DNA from: Candidatus Woesearchaeota archaeon
GTDB taxonomy: Archaea > Nanobdellota > Nanobdellia > Woesearchaeales > UBA11716
NCBI GenBank assembly: GCA_013329175.1
Contig: DUKR01000031.1
Coordinates: 1 to 32,459 of the forward strand
Length of the DNA: 32,459 nucleotides
Direction: 5' to 3'
A program made the translations under genes and the position numbers. Under the pieces are notes generated by a model, which was given only the letters and a program-made list of their open reading frames with translations, made no database searches and had not been told where the DNA came from. Below, one piece after another: positions 24,051-32,459 of this stretch. Each line of letters opens with the position of its first letter. Position 1 is the stretch's first letter.

Positions 24051-24680
24051 ATGATGAACACAACAAAAAAAATAATGGCATTACTTGCACTAACGATGCT
24101 CTTTGCAGGCATTACGCTTGCTATAGAGAGCGATGGGATGCACGGCTCCTTTGAGCAGGCTGAGGCACTGATTAACGCAAAGGCCACCTGCTCAAGCCTT
24201 ACCGATGAGCAACTGGAATTGATTGGCGACTACGTGATGGAGCAGATGCATCCCGGAGAAGCCCATGAAGCGATGGATGCTATGATGGGCGGCGAGGGTT
24301 CTGAAAGGCTTCGGCTTGTCCATATCAACATGGCACGATCATACTATTGTGGAGATGCGCAGGCAATGGGCACTGGCATGATGTATAGCGGCTATGGAGG
24401 AAACCGTGTAGGGATGATGGGTTCTGCAATGATGGGGCAAAACTACCCGGCAGCAGGAGACAGTGGATATGGCATGATAAGCCAGTACGGTGCATATCCT
24501 GGTGTCCAACAGGGATACAGCGGCATGGGTTCGATGATGAATGGAGGCTCCATGATGTACGGCTACAGCTTGTGGTATCCGCTTCTGCAGCTTGTGTACC
24601 TTGCTCTTGCAGCATTGGTTTTTGGCGCCATCTTCTGGTGGACGTACAGGCTGATAGCAAGAGAGAAGAAAAGAAAGTAA
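24051..24680 (+). CDS. Met/His-rich exported protein with C-terminal TM anchor
   Basis: Signal peptide; MEQMHPGEAHEAMDAMMGGEGS...HINM; GMM repeats; C-terminal TM helix and basic tail. Confidence 0.75.
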   Translation: MMNTTKKIMALLALTMLFAGITLAIESDGMHGSFEQAEALINAKATCSSLTDEQLELIGDYVMEQMHPGEAHEAMDAMMGGEGSERLRLVHINMARSYYCGDAQAMGTGMMYSGYGGNRVGMMGSAMMGQNYPAAGDSGYGMISQYGAYPGVQQGYSGMGSMMNGGSMMYGYSLWYPLLQLVYLALAALVFGAIFWWTYRLIAREKKRK

Positions 24681-24683
24681 TTG

Positions 24684-24808
24684 AAAGTCTCATTATTATA
24701 GCAAAGTGCAGTAATAATGAAACTTTTAGATATGCACTTTGCTATACTAGCAGAAAACACAAATGTTCGATAATTAATGTTTTCTGCTATTACTGCACTT
24801 TGCTATAA
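24684..24808. repeat. Nested inverted-repeat complex upstream of the methyltransferase-copA genes
   Basis: Perfect 21-bp inverted repeat (24696-24716/24788-24808), a third 14-bp partial copy (24733-24746), a 12-bp inverted repeat (24748-24759/24778-24789) and a 14/15-bp inverted repeat (24684-24698/24712-24726). Confidence 0.85.
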
Positions 24809-24835
24809 GGGCAATGCAGGAGTGACGAGGGTACC

Positions 24836-25498
24836 ATGCTCAGCGACGACTATGCCTACGGAAACTGGATTATTGTGGTTAGCCTGATAGCTCTTGCCCT
24901 CTTCTTCATCACAAAATACATTCCCTTAAGGACCAGGTTTGAGAAGCGGACTGGAGGAGTGCTGCTTGCCTTCTTTACGGCACTCTTTGCCGAGATGTAT
25001 GGCATTCCGCTGACAATTTACCTTCTCTCCTCGTTTTTTGGCGTGCAGATCCCCTTCACCCACCAGTATGGCCATCTCCTTGCCTATGCATTCACGTTTA
25101 TCGGCATCCCCATCCTCTATGGGTGGATATTCGTGATGGCAGTAAGCACCATCATGCTGCTCATAGGAATAGGCCTCATCATCAAGGGATGGAAGGCAGT
25201 CTATCATGCCAAAGGAAGCATGGTGACCACAGGCATCTACGCAAAAATCAGGCATCCTCAGTATACAGGGATTTTCATTATCATTACTGCATTCATCATC
25301 CAGTGGCCTACGTTAATTACCCTCATCATGTACCCTTTTCTTGTGGTGATGTACTACAGGCTTGCGCTTCGTGAGGAAAAAGAGGTGATGCTGCGTTTTC
25401 CTGCCAGATACTCAGCTTACCAGAGGAAAACGCCAATGTTTTTCCCTTCACTGCTGAAGCAGAAAATCAGGAGACGACTACCCAATGCAAAAGCCTGA
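24836..25498 (+). CDS. ICMT/PEMT-family membrane methyltransferase
   Basis: ALFAEMYGIPLTIYLL, TTGIYAKIRHPQY, EEK...Y..Y...TPMFFP. This type is commonly found beside copA and DUF2933 genes. Confidence 0.88.
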   Translation: MLSDDYAYGNWIIVVSLIALALFFITKYIPLRTRFEKRTGGVLLAFFTALFAEMYGIPLTIYLLSSFFGVQIPFTHQYGHLLAYAFTFIGIPILYGWIFVMAVSTIMLLIGIGLIIKGWKAVYHAKGSMVTTGIYAKIRHPQYTGIFIIITAFIIQWPTLITLIMYPFLVVMYYRLALREEKEVMLRFPARYSAYQRKTPMFFPSLLKQKIRRRLPNAKA

Positions 25499-25578
25499 TG
25501 GATGCACCATCACCAAAGGAGAAAAAGAAAAACGCATGACCGTGCGCCTTTGCACCATGCTTGAGGAGTGTGAATGCA

Positions 25579-25830
25579 ATGAAGAAAACTGTTGCCGTAA
25601 AAAAAAGCCATAACCACAGCAATCACCTGCTGCTGATGGCACTTTGCTGCATAGCTCCGATACTCATCGCAGCCCTTGCTGTCTATGCCTTTGGCCTCAA
25701 CAGGAGCTATCTTGCCTGGGCAGCTCTCATCGGCTGCATGCTCATGCACGTCTTCATGATAAAGGGCTGCCATAAGGAAGAAGAAGCAGGCATGAATAAA
25801 AACAGCAAAGAGCAGGAGAAGTGCCACTGA
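25579..25830 (+). CDS. DUF2933-like small membrane protein
   Basis: HNHSNH, LCCIAP, two TM helices and CMLMHVFM..GCH. Confidence 0.7.
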   Translation: MKKTVAVKKSHNHSNHLLLMALCCIAPILIAALAVYAFGLNRSYLAWAALIGCMLMHVFMIKGCHKEEEAGMNKNSKEQEKCH

Positions 25831-25857
25831 GTATGGTGGCAATAAAAGAAGTGCACA

Positions 25858-28113
25858 GTGGCTAAATACCCTAGCAATAAAGTGACTCTCGCACTCAAAG
25901 TGAGGGGTATGGACAACTCGCACTGCGTCCACATCGTAGGCTCTGCCCTCGACAGGCTTGAGGGCATCATTGACAAAAAGCTTTCAGCAAATGAAAAGGC
26001 AGCAATTACATTCAACCCCAAAATAGTTACTGCAGAGCGCATCAGGCAGATAATCAATGACGCTGGATACGATACCTATGAGGAAAGCACTGGCATTGCT
26101 GACCGGGAAAAGGAAGACCGCAAAAAAGAGATTCAGAGCCTGAAGAAAAAGACCTTTATCTCAGCAGTGCTTGGCCTTCCCCTTCTCTATCTTGCGATGG
26201 CTCGCCATATTGGCCTTCCCACCATTGAAGACATATCCCTTCTGGCTATCATCCAGTTCCTCTTTACAACGCCCATCATGCTCCTTGGCTATCAGCTCTT
26301 CACTAAGGGGTTTCGTTCCCTCATCAAGGCAAAGACAGCAAACATGGACACCCTCATCGCTATTGGAACAGGCGCTGCCTACGCCTACAGCCTCATAGCA
26401 TCAGCTTTCATCCTTTCAGGAAGCACCCTCTTTGGGAAAGAGGATATCTACTTTGAAGTTGCCGGTCTTCTTATCGTCTTCATCCTGCTTGGCAGATACT
26501 TTGAGGCAGTCGTTAAAGGCAGGACATCTGAGGCCATTAAAAAGCTCATGGGTCTTGCGGCAAAAACTGCCATCGTCATCAGGGATGGAAAAGAGCAGGA
26601 AGTGCAAATTGACGCTGTCATTGTCGGCGATGATGTCGTTGTCAAACCAGGGCAGAAGATTCCGGTTGATGGCGTTGTGCTTTCTGGCCATTCGTCAGTT
26701 GACGAGAGCATGGTGTCAGGCGAAAGTATCCCTGTCGAAAAGACAAAGGGAAGCAAGGTCATCGGTGTAACTATCAACAGGACAGGGGCATTCACCTTTA
26801 GGGCGACAAAGATAGGAAAAGACACCATGCTTGCCCAAATCATCAAATTGGTCGAGGATGCGCAGGCAAGTAAGGCTCCCATCCAGAAGCTTGCCGATAC
26901 CATCTCAGCCTATTTTGTCCCTGTCGTCGTTGGCATAGGCATCATTGCAGCGATCACCTGGTATCTTCTGGGCATGGGCTTTTTGTTCTCTTTCACTATA
27001 CTTATCGCTGTCCTGATTATCGCCTGCCCCTGCGCTCTTGGCCTTGCAACACCCACTGCCGTCATGATGGGCACAGGCAAAGGAGCAGAGCATGGCATCC
27101 TCATCAAGAGTGCTGAGGCCCTTCAGAAGACAGGAAAGCTCTCGGTAGTCATATTTGATAAGACCGGGACGATCACCAAAGGGAAACCCGAAGTGACTGA
27201 CATCGTCAGGGCAGGGACAGGAAGGCTTGATGAAAAGGAATTGCTCAGGCTTGCGGCAATCGCCGAAAAGAAGTCAGAGCATCCTCTGGCCGAAGCGATT
27301 CTTGCAAAAGCAAAGCTCCTCAAGCTGGATGTTCCTAACCCTTCATCATTCAATGCTGTTGCTGGCCAGGGTATTGAAGCAGCATCAGGGAGAGCCACAA
27401 TCCTGCTTGGCAACAGGAAGCTCATGCAGACAAAGGGCGTTCCCATAGATGGCATCAAAGGGCAGCTTGCAGGGCTGGAGCGTGAAGGAAAGACCGCAAT
27501 GCTCATAGCAGTCAATGGCAAAGCAGCAGGCGTCATTGCAGTCGCTGACACTATCAAAGAGCAGTCAGCAAAAGCTATAGCGAATCTTCAGGCAATGGGC
27601 ATTGCAACCTACATGCTCACCGGCGACAATGAGACTACTGCCAGGGCAATAGCACGTCAGGCAGGCATCCAGAATGTCCTTGCAGAAGTCATGCCTCAGG
27701 ACAAGGAAGAGGAGGTCAAAAAGCTTCAGGAGAAAGGCGAGGTTGTAGCAATGGTTGGCGACGGCATCAACGATGCTCCCGCATTGACGCAGGCAGATGT
27801 GGGAATTGCAATTGGCTCGGGAACTGATGTTGCTATTGAGTCAGGCGACATCGTTCTCGTGAAGAATGAACTGTCCGACGTAGTTTCCGCTATCAACCTC
27901 AGCCGCTACACTCTCAAGAAAATCAAGCAGAATCTCTTCTGGGCCTTCATCTACAATATATTAGGCATACCAGTTGCAGCAGGCATCCTCTATCCCTTCA
28001 CTGGGTTCCTCCTGAATCCAGTCATTGCAGGAGCTGCTATGGCCTTCAGCTCGGTATCGGTTGTTGCAAATTCACTGATGATGAAACGATATAGTTTAGG
28101 TAGGGGGAGGTGA
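25858..28113 (+). CDS. copA: Cu(I)-translocating P1B-type ATPase, paralogue 1
   Basis: [26 protein letters not shown] and MAFSS motifs. The N-terminal HMA domain has an atypical GMDNSHC. Confidence 0.95.
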   Translation: MAKYPSNKVTLALKVRGMDNSHCVHIVGSALDRLEGIIDKKLSANEKAAITFNPKIVTAERIRQIINDAGYDTYEESTGIADREKEDRKKEIQSLKKKTFISAVLGLPLLYLAMARHIGLPTIEDISLLAIIQFLFTTPIMLLGYQLFTKGFRSLIKAKTANMDTLIAIGTGAAYAYSLIASAFILSGSTLFGKEDIYFEVAGLLIVFILLGRYFEAVVKGRTSEAIKKLMGLAAKTAIVIRDGKEQEVQIDAVIVGDDVVVKPGQKIPVDGVVLSGHSSVDESMVSGESIPVEKTKGSKVIGVTINRTGAFTFRATKIGKDTMLAQIIKLVEDAQASKAPIQKLADTISAYFVPVVVGIGIIAAITWYLLGMGFLFSFTILIAVLIIACPCALGLATPTAVMMGTGKGAEHGILIKSAEALQKTGKLSVVIFDKTGTITKGKPEVTDIVRAGTGRLDEKELLRLAAIAEKKSEHPLAEAILAKAKLLKLDVPNPSSFNAVAGQGIEAASGRATILLGNRKLMQTKGVPIDGIKGQLAGLEREGKTAMLIAVNGKAAGVIAVADTIKEQSAKAIANLQAMGIATYMLTGDNETTARAIARQAGIQNVLAEVMPQDKEEEVKKLQEKGEVVAMVGDGINDAPALTQADVGIAIGSGTDVAIESGDIVLVKNELSDVVSAINLSRYTLKKIKQNLFWAFIYNILGIPVAAGILYPFTGFLLNPVIAGAAMAFSSVSVVANSLMMKRYSLGRGR

Positions 28114-28284
28114 AATCCAAAAATAATCGCAGAGGTTCATTTAGGGAAAGCCTTTCTAAACGTTTTAAACTATAAATTTCAGCTTTTTAAACGGTTGGCA
28201 AGGCAATTTACAATACGAATGATATTAATACTACCCGCTGTTACAAAATGAAAAAAAAATAGAGAGGCCCCAGAGGGATTACAG

Positions 28285-28494
28285 ATGGCAAAAAAAACAC
28301 TTAACCTGAGCATAAAGGGCATGCACTGCCCAAGCTGTGAAGCGCTTATCAAGGACATTGCAGGCGACTGCAAGGCAGACGTCAAGTCAATCTCCCACAA
28401 GACCGGCAAAGCAGAGGTATCTATAGAAGAAAAAGACCTGCCAGCATTCAAAAAAGAGATGGCAAAAGAAGGCTATACGGTGGAACAGGTATGA
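28285..28494 (+). CDS. copZ: HMA-domain copper chaperone (CopZ-like)
   Basis: 69 aa with GMHCPSC and a C-terminal EGY loop. Confidence 0.88.
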   Translation: MAKKTLNLSIKGMHCPSCEALIKDIAGDCKADVKSISHKTGKAEVSIEEKDLPAFKKEMAKEGYTVEQV

Positions 28495-29402
28495 CAACAA
28501 CAATCTATGTCCCTGACATCGAATGCGATTCCTGTGTCAGGCTTATCGGACGCAGGCTTGCTGGCAAAGGCATAACAGGCTACACCATAACAGGAGATAT
28601 CCTTCTTCTTGAAGATTCCGAGAAGGCAAATGACGTCATCAAGGAAATTAAATCACTAGGCTTCCGGGCATCAACAAGCCCATTTGACAGGAAGTCTTTC
28701 AAAGAGCGCTTTCGGGACTTCAGGGAAAACAAAGAGAAATACCAGACAGAGAGAGAAGGCATTGAGACAGCCTTAGGCGTCTTTGGCCTCCTGGCAGCAA
28801 TAACCATCGTGGCCTATGTAGGCTTTCTTAACAGAATCCCAAACTTCCTGCATAATTACGGCTGGTGGCTCTTCTACCTGCTTATAGCAATCACAGCAAT
28901 AGGCGCAGCTCTCTGGCACTACACAGCTTACCGGGCAAAATTCACCTGCATGGTTGGCATGATGGTCGGCATGACCTTTGGCATGCAGACAGGGATGATG
29001 CTTGGCGCAATAATTGGTGCGACAAACGGCTTCTTCATAGGTTCAATGATTGGCATGCTCATCGGAACAGCAGCAGGCGTAGTAACAGGCAAATGCTGCG
29101 GTGTCATGGGCATCATGGAAGGCATGATGGCAGGCGTCATGGGCGGCACCATGGGCCCGATGATTTCGGTCATGATGTTCTCAGACCATCTGCTTTGGTT
29201 CATGCCCTTCTTTATGCTCATAAACATCGTCATCATCATCGGCCTCTCCTATCTGCTCTTTGAGGAGGTCGTTGAGCAGAATAAGGAAATCATACGAAAG
29301 CCTGCTGACTTTCTTACCGTAGCGTCGCTTTCCATCATTGCAGCGTTCCTTCTTGGAGCGCTCATGCTCTACGGGCCAACATCAGCATTGCTCACATTTT
29401 GA
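28491..29402 (+). CDS. HMA domain fused to a Met/Gly-rich membrane domain
   Basis: N-terminal IECDSC...LGF; TM region with CMVGMMVGMTFGMQTGMM, KCCG and EGMMAGVMGGTMGPM. Confidence 0.8.
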   Translation: MTTTIYVPDIECDSCVRLIGRRLAGKGITGYTITGDILLLEDSEKANDVIKEIKSLGFRASTSPFDRKSFKERFRDFRENKEKYQTEREGIETALGVFGLLAAITIVAYVGFLNRIPNFLHNYGWWLFYLLIAITAIGAALWHYTAYRAKFTCMVGMMVGMTFGMQTGMMLGAIIGATNGFFIGSMIGMLIGTAAGVVTGKCCGVMGIMEGMMAGVMGGTMGPMISVMMFSDHLLWFMPFFMLINIVIIIGLSYLLFEEVVEQNKEIIRKPADFLTVASLSIIAAFLLGALMLYGPTSALLTF

Positions 29403-29413
29403 GGTGAAAAACA

Positions 29414-29941
29414 ATGAAACAAATCATACGATACAGCGCCTTTGGCGGCGCAACTCTTGCCATCGCTGCTATCCTGTTCTTCTCATTTACAGCATCAGGA
29501 ATAGCAACTGTAGGTGCAGTCACAGGAAACGCAGTCAAAGATGCAGTAAAAAGCCAAGTATCAGCTAACGGTATTCAGGAAGTCGCGCTTTCCTATAAAA
29601 ATTATCAGTATCTCCTTGAGCCATCCACGCTTACAAAAGGCGTCCCCGTCAGGATGACGGTTGATCTTGCCACGGTCAATGGGTGCCTGCGTGACATTGT
29701 CATTGCCTCTTTTGGTGTGCGAAAGCGCGTAGCAGAGGGCGACAATATCATAGAATTCACCCCGGACAAGGCAGGAACCTTCACCATCGCCTGCTCCATG
29801 AACATGGGCCGCGGCACCTTTGAAGTTGTCGAGCCTGACGGTACGCAATCTTCATATCAGGAGACAGCTCCATCAGTAGCAGCAGGAGCTGCAAGTTGCG
29901 GCGCATCCGGAAGCGGCTGTGGCTGCGGTGGAATGAGATAA
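29414..29941 (+). CDS. Cupredoxin-domain protein with Cys/Gly tail
   Basis: TM anchor; GVPVR...NGC...IEFTPDKAGTFTIACSMNMGRG; tail SCGASGSGCGCGG. Confidence 0.85.
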   Translation: MKQIIRYSAFGGATLAIAAILFFSFTASGIATVGAVTGNAVKDAVKSQVSANGIQEVALSYKNYQYLLEPSTLTKGVPVRMTVDLATVNGCLRDIVIASFGVRKRVAEGDNIIEFTPDKAGTFTIACSMNMGRGTFEVVEPDGTQSSYQETAPSVAAGAASCGASGSGCGCGGMR

Positions 29942-29965
29942 TCAGTCTCTTTTGAGCCGTTGAAA

Positions 29966-32149
29966 ATGAAACACACAACACTCAACATCACAGGCATGCA
30001 TTGCGCATCCTGCTCGGCAGTCATCAACAGGGCGCTTAACAAAGCAGAGGGCGTAACAAAGGCAAACGTCAACATTGCAACGAACAAAGCGACCATAACA
30101 TACGATGAAAAGAAGATAGATATTCCCAGAATCATTGCAGCAATAAAAAATAAAGGCTATGGTGCAGGCGTTGCTGACGGCAAGGACAATACAGAGGCTC
30201 AGCAGGAGAAGCAGAAGCTTGAGATAAAGGCGCTCATGTTCCAGTTCACGATGGGATGCATCCTCTCCCTTCCCATCCTCATTCTTGGCATGTTCTTCAT
30301 GCAAAGCCCTATCCCCTATCAGGACTTCATCATGTGGACGCTTGCCACCCCTGTTCAGTTCATCGTCGCTGCGCCTATGTACCAGAGTGCATGGCAAGCT
30401 TTGAAAGGAAAATCAGCAAACATGGATACCCTGATTGTGATGGGAACTTCAGCAGCCTACTTTTACAGCCTCTATGCCCTTTTTTCAGGCAATGGCTACC
30501 TTTACTTTGAGGCAAGCGCGGTCCTCATCACTGTTGTCGTCCTTGGCCGATTATTGGAAGCAAAAGCAAAAGGAAAGGCAAGCGACGCCATAAAGCGCCT
30601 CATAGGCCTTAAGCCAAAGACTGCCCTTGTGATTCGCAATGGCAGGGAGGAGAATATAGCGGTTGATGAGGTCATGGAAGGCGACCTTATCATCGTCAAG
30701 CCAGGCGAGAAAGTGCCAGTTGATGGCATCATCACTGAGGGCAATTCAGCAATAGACGAATCCATGGTTACTGGCGAATCGCTTCCTGTAGAGAAGAAAA
30801 AGGGTGATGCAGTGATAGGCGCAACCATCAATAAGCACGGCTCATTCACCTTCAAAGCGACAAAGGTAGGAGCAAACACTACACTTGCCCAGATCATCAG
30901 GCTTATAGAGGAAGCGCAGGGAAGCAAGGCTCCTATCCAGCGCTTTGCCGATACCGTCTCAGCCTATTTTGTCCCCGCAGTGCTCGTCATTGCAGCCCTG
31001 ACCTTCATAGGATGGATGACTTTCGGCAATAAAGACCTCAGTTTCGCTCTTATAACTACCGTAGCAGTCCTCGTCATTGCCTGCCCTTGTGCTTTGGGCC
31101 TTGCCACCCCTACCGCAATCATGGTAGGCACGGGAAAAGGCGCAAGGGAGGGAATCCTCATCAAAGGAGGTGAGGCACTGGAAAAAGCCCATAAGATAAA
31201 GCACGTCATCCTGGATAAGACAGGGACAATAACCAAGGGCAAGCCTGAAGTAACTGACATCATCCCTTTAGGCAAACAGGCAAGAAAGGCAGTGCTTGAG
31301 ATTGCAGCATCCATAGAGAAAGGAAGCGAGCATCCCTTGGCTGAAGCGATTGTTGCAGAAGGAAAAAAAGAGGGCATTTCCCTCAAAAAGGCTTCGGCTT
31401 TCAGAGCAATCCCTGGCCACGGCATCACGGCAAAGATTGCAGGAAAAGCCTATCACCTTGGAAACGCAAGGCTTATGAAAAAGCTTGGCGTGCCGCTCAC
31501 CAGATACCAGCAGGAGATCCATGCCCTTGAGTCTGACGGAAAGACTGCAATGCTCCTTGCCAAAGGAAAATCCCTTCTTTGCATCATTGCTGTCGCTGAC
31601 ACCATCAAGGAAAGTTCACCTGATGCCATAGCGCTCCTGCACAGGATGGGCATCAGGACATACATGATAACTGGCGATAATGAGCGTACGGCAAAAGCCA
31701 TAGCAAAGAAGGCAGGAGTAGATACGGTTTTTGCAGAAGTGTTGCCTGAAGACAAGGCCAAGCATGTGCAAAATCTTCAGAAAAGCGGAGCCGTTGCCAT
31801 GGTGGGCGACGGCATCAATGATGCTCCAGCGTTAGCCCAGGCAGACATTGGGATTGCCATGGGCTCAGGGACTGACGTTGCCATGGAAACAGGCGACATC
31901 GTCCTCATGCAGGACGACCTGGTGGGTGTCGCAAAAGCCATCAGGCTTAGCAGGCTCACCATGGCAAAGATCAGGCAGAACATGTTCTGGGCACTGGTGT
32001 ACAACACCTTAGGGATTCCTGTTGCTGCGGGCCTTCTCTATCCCTTCACGGGCTGGCTGCTTTCGCCTATCATTGCAGGGGCAGCTATGGCATTGAGCAG
32101 CGTTTCGGTTGTGAGCAATTCATTGCTATTGAGGATGAAGAGGTTATGA
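29966..32149 (+). CDS. copA: Cu(I)-translocating P1B-type ATPase, paralogue 2
   Basis: [33 protein letters not shown] and MALSS motifs. Confidence 0.96.
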   Translation: MKHTTLNITGMHCASCSAVINRALNKAEGVTKANVNIATNKATITYDEKKIDIPRIIAAIKNKGYGAGVADGKDNTEAQQEKQKLEIKALMFQFTMGCILSLPILILGMFFMQSPIPYQDFIMWTLATPVQFIVAAPMYQSAWQALKGKSANMDTLIVMGTSAAYFYSLYALFSGNGYLYFEASAVLITVVVLGRLLEAKAKGKASDAIKRLIGLKPKTALVIRNGREENIAVDEVMEGDLIIVKPGEKVPVDGIITEGNSAIDESMVTGESLPVEKKKGDAVIGATINKHGSFTFKATKVGANTTLAQIIRLIEEAQGSKAPIQRFADTVSAYFVPAVLVIAALTFIGWMTFGNKDLSFALITTVAVLVIACPCALGLATPTAIMVGTGKGAREGILIKGGEALEKAHKIKHVILDKTGTITKGKPEVTDIIPLGKQARKAVLEIAASIEKGSEHPLAEAIVAEGKKEGISLKKASAFRAIPGHGITAKIAGKAYHLGNARLMKKLGVPLTRYQQEIHALESDGKTAMLLAKGKSLLCIIAVADTIKESSPDAIALLHRMGIRTYMITGDNERTAKAIAKKAGVDTVFAEVLPEDKAKHVQNLQKSGAVAMVGDGINDAPALAQADIGIAMGSGTDVAMETGDIVLMQDDLVGVAKAIRLSRLTMAKIRQNMFWALVYNTLGIPVAAGLLYPFTGWLLSPIIAGAAMALSSVSVVSNSLLLRMKRL

Positions 32150-32222
32150 ATGTGAAGGCTCACAGTCTCTTGATATCATAACAGTTATTGACATTTGTGT
32201 TTTCTGCTCGAAGGAGTGAAAA

Positions 32223-32330
32223 ATGCAAAGGAACGAGGAGAAGCAGGCAGCACAGCAGAAAACACAGCAGGCAGCACATCGCTTCAGGATTGAGCGCTGC
32301 GCGAGCCATTGCCGCAGTGTAGCGCACTGA
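32223..32330 (+). CDS. Possible 35-aa peptide with CASHC motif
   Basis: An AAGGAGTGA RBS precedes ATG 32223; the peptide reads MQRNEEKQAAQQKTQQAAHRFRIERCASHCRSVAH. Confidence 0.3.
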   Translation: MQRNEEKQAAQQKTQQAAHRFRIERCASHCRSVAH

Positions 32331-32459
32331 GCAGGTGGGGTTGATGGATGGGTGCTGGCACCGTGCACGACGGAATTTCCATGAGCTATCTCACCGTAGG
32401 CAAAAGGAGAGAGAACAGCAGCATCGCTTTTGGCAAAGTATAGAGAAATGCGTTGATTA

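Noticed and set aside
26416-32007. Minus-strand ORFs overlapping the copA genes
   Set aside because: They are typical antisense frames of P-type ATPase genes.
25858-32149. Recent duplication or gene conversion between the two copA genes
   Set aside because: The shared nucleotide stretches are short and confined to conserved motifs, with synonymous differences throughout.
32344-32459. Open frame running off the right edge
   Set aside because: Too short, with no recognisable motif; it cannot be supported from this window.

Overview
Probably an archaeal DPANN (Woesearchaeota-like) window. This is an inference from TATA/BRE promoters, GGTGA/GGAGG ribosome-binding sites and DUF835/KaiC-like domains. 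It holds two outward-facing copper/thiol-redox clusters. The left cluster (201-6440, minus strand) encodes two exported proteins ending LPxMVGGC, a triple CxxC thioredoxin-like protein, a CcdA/DsbD-type membrane protein, a C2H2-finger membrane protein, a lipoprotein multicopper oxidase and a GCAACG membrane protein. A divergent Cache-TM-DUF835-wHTH regulator sits next to it. The right cluster (21123-32149, plus strand) encodes DUF302, DUF411/CopG-like, an ICMT-family methyltransferase, a DUF2933-like protein, two CopA ATPases, CopZ, a cupredoxin and several Cys/Met/His-rich unknowns. Between them is a ~12.6 kb accessory block with UPF0158, pRiA4b-ORF3, Bro-N/KilA-N debris, a FIST-histidine kinase-2xREC-2xKaiC-like signalling operon and a type III restriction-modification system with a small RHH gene. 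Not shown by the ORF track is an 81-bp MITE with 21-bp imperfect terminal inverted repeats, present three times. One copy disrupts an ArsR-family gene with a perfect 8-bp target duplication, and another creates an in-frame chimeric ORF through a single stop-removing substitution. A nested palindrome complex lies at 24684-24808. No rRNA, tRNA or CRISPR array was seen.
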